In this document: positions 57,304 through 64,000 of the stretch, piece by piece | Position numbering within the stretch: the first letter of the stretch is position 1 | How the letters are laid out: each line of letters begins with the position of its first letter | Translations under genes and position numbers: made by a program | Source: Hyphomicrobiaceae bacterium | GTDB lineage: Bacteria > Pseudomonadota > Alphaproteobacteria > Rhizobiales > Hyphomicrobiaceae | Assembly (NCBI GenBank): GCA_031374735.1 | Contig: JANMGQ010000066.1 | Location: forward strand, 2,120-66,119 | DNA length: 64,000 nt | Direction: 5' to 3' | Notes under the pieces: generated by a model | The model's database searches: none | Seen by the model: only the letters and a program-made list of their open reading frames with translations | What the model was told of the DNA's origin: nothing

Positions 57304-58086
57304 ATGGACCAGCCGATCCTCGTTACCAAAACCGACGGCTATCACGTCGTCACGTTCAACCGGCCGGACAAGCTCAATGCGTTCACAGAGCGTATGAACC
57401 TGGACATTCAGGCGGCGCTCGATGCAGCTGACGCGGATCCCGCGTGTCGCGCCGTACTGATCACGGCAAACGGCCGAGCCTTCACTGCCGGGCAAGACCT
57501 TGCAGCAGCAGCAGCAGGTGGCAGGGGCAAGACACGCGATACCCTCGACCGGCTTTACAACCCCATCATCACGCGCATCGCCCAGTTCCGCATGCCGATT
57601 GTGTGTGCGGTCAACGGCATCGCGGCGGGCGCGGGTCTGAACATCGCGCTCGGCTGCGATATCGTCATTGCGGGGCGTTCTGCCAAGTTCCTGCAACCGT
57701 TTTCAAAGATCGCGCTAGTGCCGGATGCGGGTGGCACATGGTTCTTGCCGCGCCTCGTTGGGCCGGCGCGCGCGCGCGCCCTTGCCTTGCTCGCCGAGAC
57801 GATCACTGCCGAGCGGGCGCTGGAGTTCGGCCTGATCTGGCAGGTGGTCGATGACGACAAGCTGCTCGAGGAGGCGACAGCGTTGACGCGACGCCTCGCG
57901 AGCGGGCCCACGCGGGCCTATGCGGCCATCAAGCAGGCGCTGCACGCGGCTGAGAGCAATACGCTGCAAAGCCAACTCGACCTCGAACGAGATTTGCAAG
58001 TCCAGTTGGCCGCCGAGCCCGACAGCCACGAGGCGATCACAGCATTTCTCGAAAAGCGCGCGCCGAAATACACGGGGCGTGCGTGA
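57304..58086 (+). CDS. paaG: Enoyl-CoA hydratase/isomerase, PaaG-like
   Basis: FNRPDKLNAF, FTAGQDL, VNGIAAGAGLNIALGCDIVIA, GLIWQVVDD, QLDLERDLQ resemble PaaG. Confidence 0.75.
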   Translation: MDQPILVTKTDGYHVVTFNRPDKLNAFTERMNLDIQAALDAADADPACRAVLITANGRAFTAGQDLAAAAAGGRGKTRDTLDRLYNPIITRIAQFRMPIVCAVNGIAAGAGLNIALGCDIVIAGRSAKFLQPFSKIALVPDAGGTWFLPRLVGPARARALALLAETITAERALEFGLIWQVVDDDKLLEEATALTRRLASGPTRAYAAIKQALHAAESNTLQSQLDLERDLQVQLAAEPDSHEAITAFLEKRAPKYTGRA

Positions 58087-58511
58087 TGGGCGGGGCAGGA
58101 AACGACACCGCACGGCGGTCAGCCGATGCCATGTGGGCTGAAGATCGCGCCTGTCAGCATTTGAACATGCGCATCGATGCAATCGCCGCGGGCGAGGCGA
58201 CACTCTCGATGCTGGTGACGGACGCCATGACCAACGGTCACGGACTGTGTCACGGCGGCTATATCTTCATGCTCGCCGATAGTGCCTTCGCTTATGCCTG
58301 CAACAGCTATGGCCAGCGCACGGTCGCGCAGCAGTGCAACATCGCGTTCATCGCGCCGGGACGTCTTGGCATGCGTCTGTCAGCCGAGGCCAAGGAGCGC
58401 CAGCGCGCGGAGCGGTCCGGCATCTACGACGTTACCGTGCGCGATGAGAGCGGCGCCGTGATCGCGGAGTTTCGGGGCTTTTCGCGCTCCATTCCCGGTT
58501 CGCTGATTTGA
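58083..58511 (+). CDS. paaI: Hydroxyphenylacetyl-CoA thioesterase PaaI (hotdog fold)
   Basis: CHGGYIFMLADSAFAYACN motif; ATGA-type overlap with paaG. Confidence 0.8.
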   Translation: MMGGAGNDTARRSADAMWAEDRACQHLNMRIDAIAAGEATLSMLVTDAMTNGHGLCHGGYIFMLADSAFAYACNSYGQRTVAQQCNIAFIAPGRLGMRLSAEAKERQRAERSGIYDVTVRDESGAVIAEFRGFSRSIPGSLI

Positions 58512-58521
58512 GTCGGATCGC

Positions 58522-58860
58522 ATGAGCACGTCCCGATCATCGGCAGTTTCCATCGACCAGATTGCGAACACGCTCGCGAGATGTACGCCGCTATTTCAAG
58601 CTCTCGGCGAGCCCGCACGCCAACAGATCATCCTGATGTTGGCTGAAACCGAAGAGCTCAACGTCTCTGAGATCGCGGGCCGGATGGACCTGTCTCGGCC
58701 TGCGATTTCGCATCATTTGAAGGTTCTGCGCGCGGCGGACCTGGTCACGGCGCGGCGCGAAGGCACGGAAAATTTCTACAAGCTGACGATGGAAGACGCG
58801 CTCGAACTGCTGGCGCGCTTCGTGTCCGAGGTGGAGGCCTGCACGCCCGAAGCGGAGTGA
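58522..58860 (+). CDS. ArsR/SmtB family transcriptional regulator
   Basis: ALGEPARQQIILML...NVSEIAGRMDLSRPAISHHLKVLR winged HTH. Confidence 0.85.
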   Translation: MSTSRSSAVSIDQIANTLARCTPLFQALGEPARQQIILMLAETEELNVSEIAGRMDLSRPAISHHLKVLRAADLVTARREGTENFYKLTMEDALELLARFVSEVEACTPEAE

Positions 58861-58965
58861 AGGTTGCGCTTTTGTGTGCAATCCTGAGTGATTTTATTGG
58901 TTGATTTTGATCGACCAACGCGTCAAGAGGGGGCAATTGCAACGCACCATAGGGACAACTGCCGC

Positions 58966-61656
58966 ATGGTTTCGTTCACGCTCAACGGCGCACCCTTCAC
59001 AGTTGAAATTCCCATCGAAACGCCACTTGTCGATGTCATTCGCGATCACGCCAAGATGACAGGCACGAAGCAGGCCTGCGGCGCGGGTGTGTGCGGGGCG
59101 TGCACGGTGCAGGTCGATGGCCACGCGGTCGTCAGTTGTTTGATGCCGGTCGGCCACGTGAACGGCAAAGCCGTCGTCACCGTCGAGGGCCTGGGCGAGG
59201 CCAAGCTAGGCCAGAATATTCTGCACCCCGTGCAGAAGGCTTTCATGGCCGAAGATGCGCTGCAATGCGGCTTCTGCACGCCGGGCTTTGTCGTCGCGGC
59301 GTCAGCGTTTCATGATGCGTGGCGTGCAAAACATGGCACAGCAAAGCCGTCTGAGAGCGATATCGCATCGGCACTCGCAGGCCACTTGTGCCGGTGTGGA
59401 GCGTATCCCGGCATCTATCGCGCCGTCGCCGCCGCCTGCGAAGGCCGCCATGACGGAGACGCTCACGCATCGCCACGCTACGAGGCGCACGATAAAGTCA
59501 CCGGCGCCGCCAAGTACACCGTCGACAAGGTTCTGGACGGCCAACTCTACGGCCTCGTCCTGCGCTCGCCGCACGGACACGCTGATGTGACGGCGCTTGA
59601 TGTGGCGCCGGCGCTCGCAATTGCGGGTGTCAAAGCTGCCGTGTCGATGCTCGGGACCGACAAAACGGTGCGCTATGTGGGACAGGCCGTCGCGGCTGTA
59701 GCCGCCGTTGATCGTGCGACGGCCGAGAAAGGGCTGGCGGCGATCCGCGTCAGCTATGCTCGCAAGTTCGTGTTGTCCTCAGCTGCGGCTGCGCGAATGA
59801 CTGACAGCCCGAAACTTTATGCGGGTCTGTTCAAGCCCGCGCCGAACAGCGCGGAAGGACCCGCGCTGCCGATGCCCTGGAGTGGCAATCGGCGTGGTCC
59901 AGCGTCTGCGTTTTCACTCGCCAGAGGCCGCGCGAAAAGTGAACTTGCTGCCGCTGCAGCTCGCAATGATCCGTTGCTGGTGACAGGCACCTATCGCAAT
60001 GCCGGCCAAAGCCACACGTGCCTTGAGCCGCACGCCGCTATCATCGATCATCAGGGCAGCAAAATCGTCGCCCACGTGTCATCGCAAGCGATCCAGTTTG
60101 CGACCGGGCAAATCGCCAAGACGTCTGGTGTCAAGGACGTGACGGGCCATGCCGAACATGTCGGCGGCGGTTTCGGCTCAAAGGTTGGCCTTGGCATCGA
60201 AAGTCACATCGCGCTCGCGCTGTCGAAGGCCGCAGGCAAGCCCGTGCGCATCGCCTATGATCGCGCTGAAGAACTGTCCGTCGCCGGGCATCGCCCGGAA
60301 ACCGAAATCGAGATTAAGCTGCTGGCGAGCAAGGACGGCAGGCTCGACGCGCTGTCGGTGCGCACACACTCGAATGCCGGTGTCGCCATCAATTCCACGG
60401 TCTCTGGTCTCGCGCGGCTCGTCTACACCGCGGGTTCGAAAGAGTTGATCGATTGGGATGTGGTGACGAACACGCCGCCGGGTTCGCCGTTCCGGGCGCC
60501 TGGTGGACCGCCGCTCTGCTTCGCGCTGGAGCAGGCGATCGATGAAGCGGCCGTCAAGTTGGCAATCGACCCCATCGCACTGCGCCAGAGGTGGGACCAA
60601 GACCCAAATCGCCAGCGCCTCTACACGTGGGCCAAGGGTCTCGACGCCTGGCGCGAGCGCGGCGACGCCGGCCGTGAGACCGGCCGCTTCCGGCGCGGCA
60701 TCGGCGTTGCCGCTGGCAACTGGCTCTACTTCGTGCAGGGTAACACTGAAGTTGAGATTGGCGTGCGCAAAGGCAAACTGTTCGTCGCGTGCGGCACTCA
60801 GGACATTGGCCAGGGCTCGCGCACTGTCCTGGCCGAGACGATGGCCACTGCATTTGCGGTGCCTGCGTCTTCAGTCGAGGTCGACATAGGGCGTTCGAAT
60901 TTACCGACGGGTCCCATGGCGGCTGGCAGTCGATCGACGGCATCGTTGGTACCCGCTGTTATGGCCGCGGTCGAGATGCTGAAGGGGCGCTTGCGCCCGG
61001 GGGCGCGCGGTGCCGTTGGTGACAACGTGCCGTGGTCGGATCTGATTGCGGCGTCGGGTGATCTCCGCCTCAAGGCAGGCCGCCCCACCGACAGCACGAC
61101 GATCAACCCGAATGCGCCGCATCCGCTCAAGGCGGTCGGCTTCATCGGCACGGCCTTTGATTGGATGCTGCGCAACTTCGCCCACATCGACACAGGTCGC
61201 GGGGTTGCGGGCGCTGTCCAGATCGCCGATGTCGAAGTCGACACGTGGCTCGGCAAGACGCGTGTGCGCCGCTTCTATTCCGGCCTCACCGTCGGCAAAC
61301 CCCATGTGCGTCGCTTGGCCGAAAACCAAGCCGAGGGCTCAATCATCCAAGGCATCGGCTACGCCCTGTATGAAGAGCGCGCCTATGATCCGGCCAACGC
61401 CAATGTGTTGTCGGCTGGTTTCGACGACTATCGCATTCCTGGCATCGGCGACACGCCTGAAATGCATGTCCACTTCGACGAGAAAGGTTTCGAGCATGTG
61501 CCTGGCGGCGCGGTCGGTATCGGTGAAATCGCGACGCTGCCCGTCGCAGCCGCGATCGCCAACGCGGTGTACAACGCCACGGGTTTCCGCCCCTACGAAG
61601 CGCCGATCCGCCCGGATCGGCTGCTCGCCGGCCTCGACATGATGCGGAGGGCATGA
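58966..61656 (+). CDS. Xanthine dehydrogenase/aldehyde oxidoreductase family protein, fused [2Fe-2S] small subunit + molybdopterin large subunit
   Basis: CGAGVCGACTV, CGFCTPG and CRCGAY Fe-S motifs in the first about 155 aa, then Mo-binding large-subunit domains (GGGFGSK, AxxE..G motifs). Confidence 0.85.
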   Translation: MVSFTLNGAPFTVEIPIETPLVDVIRDHAKMTGTKQACGAGVCGACTVQVDGHAVVSCLMPVGHVNGKAVVTVEGLGEAKLGQNILHPVQKAFMAEDALQCGFCTPGFVVAASAFHDAWRAKHGTAKPSESDIASALAGHLCRCGAYPGIYRAVAAACEGRHDGDAHASPRYEAHDKVTGAAKYTVDKVLDGQLYGLVLRSPHGHADVTALDVAPALAIAGVKAAVSMLGTDKTVRYVGQAVAAVAAVDRATAEKGLAAIRVSYARKFVLSSAAAARMTDSPKLYAGLFKPAPNSAEGPALPMPWSGNRRGPASAFSLARGRAKSELAAAAARNDPLLVTGTYRNAGQSHTCLEPHAAIIDHQGSKIVAHVSSQAIQFATGQIAKTSGVKDVTGHAEHVGGGFGSKVGLGIESHIALALSKAAGKPVRIAYDRAEELSVAGHRPETEIEIKLLASKDGRLDALSVRTHSNAGVAINSTVSGLARLVYTAGSKELIDWDVVTNTPPGSPFRAPGGPPLCFALEQAIDEAAVKLAIDPIALRQRWDQDPNRQRLYTWAKGLDAWRERGDAGRETGRFRRGIGVAAGNWLYFVQGNTEVEIGVRKGKLFVACGTQDIGQGSRTVLAETMATAFAVPASSVEVDIGRSNLPTGPMAAGSRSTASLVPAVMAAVEMLKGRLRPGARGAVGDNVPWSDLIAASGDLRLKAGRPTDSTTINPNAPHPLKAVGFIGTAFDWMLRNFAHIDTGRGVAGAVQIADVEVDTWLGKTRVRRFYSGLTVGKPHVRRLAENQAEGSIIQGIGYALYEERAYDPANANVLSAGFDDYRIPGIGDTPEMHVHFDEKGFEHVPGGAVGIGEIATLPVAAAIANAVYNATGFRPYEAPIRPDRLLAGLDMMRRA

Positions 61657-61659
61657 GCG

Positions 61660-62577
61660 ATGACCGTGCACAACGATATGGCGCCCGAGTGGCTCGCCGG
61701 CGGTACGGACCTGCTCGAGCGCCGCCGACACGGCCTCTCGCGCGGCCCCGTGAAGCCGTTGCCGCAGGACGCGCGTCTCGGCGCCGTGACTTGGCGTGCC
61801 GATGGCGGTGCCACGATTGGAGCCGGTGTGACCGTTGCGGCGATCGCGGCTGATGCGCGCCTTGCGGCGGCCTATGGCGGTCTGACAGGCGCTGCTGGCG
61901 ATCTCGCGACGCCAGAAATCCGCCACGTCGCGACGCTTGGCGGCAACATCGCCCAGCGCTCGCGCTGCTGGTACTATCGCAGCCCCGACATCGCCTGCTT
62001 GAAAAAGGGTGGCAGCGCTTGTCCGGCGCGGACGGGCAATCACCTCTATGGTGTTGTCTTCGACCTCGGCCCCTGTGTGGCGCCACATCCCTCGACGCTG
62101 GCTGCCGCATTGTTTGCCTACGACGCGCGCGTGACGACGACGGCACGGTCCAAGGCGTCGATGACGGATATCCTCGGCACGGGCAGCAATGGCGCGCACG
62201 ACCATCAGCTGGCGCCTGACGAAGCCATCATCGAGATCATGCTGCCCGCCCCGCTGGCCGGGGAACGTGGCCACTACAAGCGGGCCATCGGGCGGGCGCA
62301 GTCGGAATGGCCGCTCGTTGAACTGGTCACGTGTTTGTGGATCGAGGGCGGTGTGTTGCGGCAGGCGCGTTTCGCAGCGGGCGGCATTGCGCCCGTGCCG
62401 ATGCGTCTTCCAGCCGTCGAGGCAGCATTGGCTGGTGCCTCGCTGTCGTCGCTGCCGATTGCGGAAGCCCGCCGGCAGGTGGCGGTCGGCGCCAAACCAT
62501 TGGCGATGACAGGCTATAAATTGACGTTGCTCGGAGGGCTCGTGGCAGACGCGCTGGAGCATCTGACCAAAACCTAG
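61660..62577 (+). CDS. FAD-binding subunit of the molybdo-flavoenzyme (CoxM/XdhB-like)
   Basis: AGGTDLL, ATLGGNIAQRSRCWYYR motifs; begins 3 nt after the upstream stop. Confidence 0.85.
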   Translation: MTVHNDMAPEWLAGGTDLLERRRHGLSRGPVKPLPQDARLGAVTWRADGGATIGAGVTVAAIAADARLAAAYGGLTGAAGDLATPEIRHVATLGGNIAQRSRCWYYRSPDIACLKKGGSACPARTGNHLYGVVFDLGPCVAPHPSTLAAALFAYDARVTTTARSKASMTDILGTGSNGAHDHQLAPDEAIIEIMLPAPLAGERGHYKRAIGRAQSEWPLVELVTCLWIEGGVLRQARFAAGGIAPVPMRLPAVEAALAGASLSSLPIAEARRQVAVGAKPLAMTGYKLTLLGGLVADALEHLTKT

Positions 62578-62586
62578 AGGCGATAA

Positions 62587-62613
62587 ACCCGCCATGGACG
62601 GTCCATGGCGGGT
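62587..62613. terminator. Bidirectional stem-loop between convergent genes
   Basis: ACCCGCCATGG-ACGGT-CCATGGCGGGT, perfect 11-bp stem. Confidence 0.5.
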
Positions 62614-62641
62614 CAAAGTGTTTCGAAATCGACGCGACCAC

Positions 62642-63004
62642 TCAGCGTGTCCAGGTTTCACCCTTGCAGAACACGACGGCAGCGCAGCCCTGCAAGTTGA
62701 GGGCTTTCGGGCCTTCCAGTGTGACCTTGCCGGAATAAGTCTTGCCGTCTTCGGTGTTGAGCAGGTCGCCAGCCCAGGTGTTGGCACCGGTCTTGTCGGC
62801 GCCCTTCATGATCACTTTGCCAACCGACTCTTTGTTCGAGGAGGCGATGACCTTGGCGCACAGCTTGCCGCCGCAGTCATAGAAATCAACCTTCGTGCCG
62901 TTCGACGGGCGCGTCCAGGTGCCGAACGGGCTCGACTGGGCCAGGGCTGCGGTGGCGCCAAGGGCGAGCGTTGCGGCTGCGGCGGCGATCTTGAGCGTTT
63001 TCAT
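62642..63004 (-). CDS. DUF2147 domain protein, secreted
   Basis: Signal peptide MKTLKIAAAAATLALGATAALA; GTW....G..V....CGGKLC.K, W.G.L.....GK.YSG...L motifs. Confidence 0.8.
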   Translation of the reverse strand: MKTLKIAAAAATLALGATAALAQSSPFGTWTRPSNGTKVDFYDCGGKLCAKVIASSNKESVGKVIMKGADKTGANTWAGDLLNTEDGKTYSGKVTLEGPKALNLQGCAAVVFCKGETWTR

Positions 63005-63147
63005 CAGGCGATTCCTCCTCTTGAACTTTTGCGGCCGAGCGGTGGATCCACCCATGCGCGCACACGCCATCGCTATGTGCGAGGCGTGCGGCATGATCAT
63101 GGCCCAATTCATACGGAACGGGAAAGATGTTCCGCGCTCAGCGCGCG

Positions 63148-63180
63148 AAAAAAGGGGCCGGTGAACGTGTCACCGGCCCC
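63148..63180 (-). terminator. Rho-independent terminator of rplS
   Basis: Minus strand reads GGGGCCGGTGA-CACGT-TCACCGGCCCC followed by TTTTTT. Confidence 0.8.
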
Positions 63181-63218
63181 ACATATCTCTTAACCCGTCT
63201 CTTAACCCCGTCGCCCAA

Positions 63219-63914
63219 TCAGGCCTTGGCTGGCTCAGCTGTCGCTTCGGCCTCGGTGATCAACACCCGGGCCTTCTCGATCCAGCCGTCCTTCTCGATG
63301 GCGCCGTTCAGGTTCATCAGTTCGTCCACGTTTGCCAAATCCTCGTCCGAGAAATTGGCGATCTGGGCGTACTGGATGCAGTTGATTGCCGAGAGTTTGC
63401 CGGCCAGTTCCGCCGAAATGCCGGCGATCTTCGTGAGGTCGTCTGCGGCGCCCTTCGGCTTCTTGAAGCCTTTGAAAGCGGCGTTGAGCTTTTTCGCGCG
63501 CACGTCGGTACGTTCAAAGATGCGAGCGGCTTTACCGCGACGGCCACGCAGGTAGTACAACTTGGCGCGACGGACCTTGCCGCGGCGGATGACTTCGATC
63601 TCAGCCACCATCGGCGAATAGATCGGGAACACGCGCTCGACGCCTTCGCCGTAGGAGATCTTGCGCACAGTGAAGCTCTCGTTGAAGCCTGCCCCCGAGC
63701 GCGAAATGCACACGCCTTCATAGGCCTGCAGGCGGAACGCGGCTTTCGGCGCGTCCTTCTTGGCGGCCTTCTTTTTGTCTTTCGGATCGGCCTCGGCGAC
63801 TTCCTGCACGCGCACCATCACCTTGAGGGTGTCACCTGGCTGAAACTCGGGGATCCGACGCTGCGAAGTGATCTTGGCGATCTGCTCCGCCTCGATTTGT
63901 TGAATGATGTTCAC
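63219..63914 (-). CDS. rplS: 50S ribosomal protein L19 with internal Lys-rich insertion and long C-terminal extension
   Basis: L19 core ([64 protein letters not shown]), plus the insert [23 protein letters not shown] and about 95 extra C-terminal residues. Confidence 0.9.
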   Translation of the reverse strand: MNIIQQIEAEQIAKITSQRRIPEFQPGDTLKVMVRVQEVAEADPKDKKKAAKKDAPKAAFRLQAYEGVCISRSGAGFNESFTVRKISYGEGVERVFPIYSPMVAEIEVIRRGKVRRAKLYYLRGRRGKAARIFERTDVRAKKLNAAFKGFKKPKGAADDLTKIAGISAELAGKLSAINCIQYAQIANFSDEDLANVDELMNLNGAIEKDGWIEKARVLITEAEATAEPAKA

Positions 63915-64000
63915 TGTTGTTCATCCTTGCTTGGACATCATTGAGTGCAGAGGAGCTGGATGCGCAGTCAGACCGCCACTGTGAAACACAGCTGCGACCT

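Noticed and set aside
61339-62787. 482-aa minus-strand ORF
   Set aside because: Antisense to the end of the Mo-enzyme large subunit and the whole FAD subunit gene; Arg-rich low-complexity product.

Overview
High-GC alphaproteobacterial chromosomal segment; the gene content and protein sequences look Hyphomicrobiales/Bradyrhizobiaceae-like. That placement rests on remembered families only, since no search was possible. The window is densely coding, with about 60 CDS and one tRNA. I saw no rRNA, CRISPR array, integrase, transposase or phage genes. Housekeeping genes (radA, folC, hfq, proS, metG, truB, pheA, mgtE, rplS) are interleaved with catabolic and transport genes: family III CoA-transferases, a ThDP enzyme, split FumA-type hydratase, SdhA-like flavoprotein, hmgA, paaG/paaI, a molybdo-flavoenzyme, phnW, a PhnZ-like HD protein, PhoD, and SulP, DMT, TauE and CNNM transporters. 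Items worth a second look: (1) a translationally coupled periplasmic trypsin-like protease plus FHA-domain membrane protein pair (36116-38478); (2) a nine-gene, tightly coupled minus-strand operon (13882-22172) that looks like an undescribed dicarboxylate-to-acyl-CoA catabolic route, with a hicBA toxin-antitoxin cassette spliced into it by ATGA overlaps (18549-19018); (3) a 446-nt highly structured non-coding stretch downstream of a truB gene that is detached from its usual operon (42813-43267); (4) ribosomal protein L19 with an internal Lys-rich insertion and a roughly 95-aa helix-hairpin-helix-like C-terminal extension (63219-63914); (5) hfq in a non-canonical context next to a PhnZ-like HD gene; (6) a family of nested-palindromic intergenic repeats with CGTCAT(C/T)CCG termini (4 copies); (7) a tRNA-Met with three G.U pairs in the acceptor stem next to an antitoxin relic; (8) several small secreted low-complexity proteins. 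All functional calls come from motif and family recognition by eye, and start codons were chosen by N-terminal plausibility. Many long ORFs in the supplied track are antisense shadow ORFs typical of high-GC DNA and were rejected.
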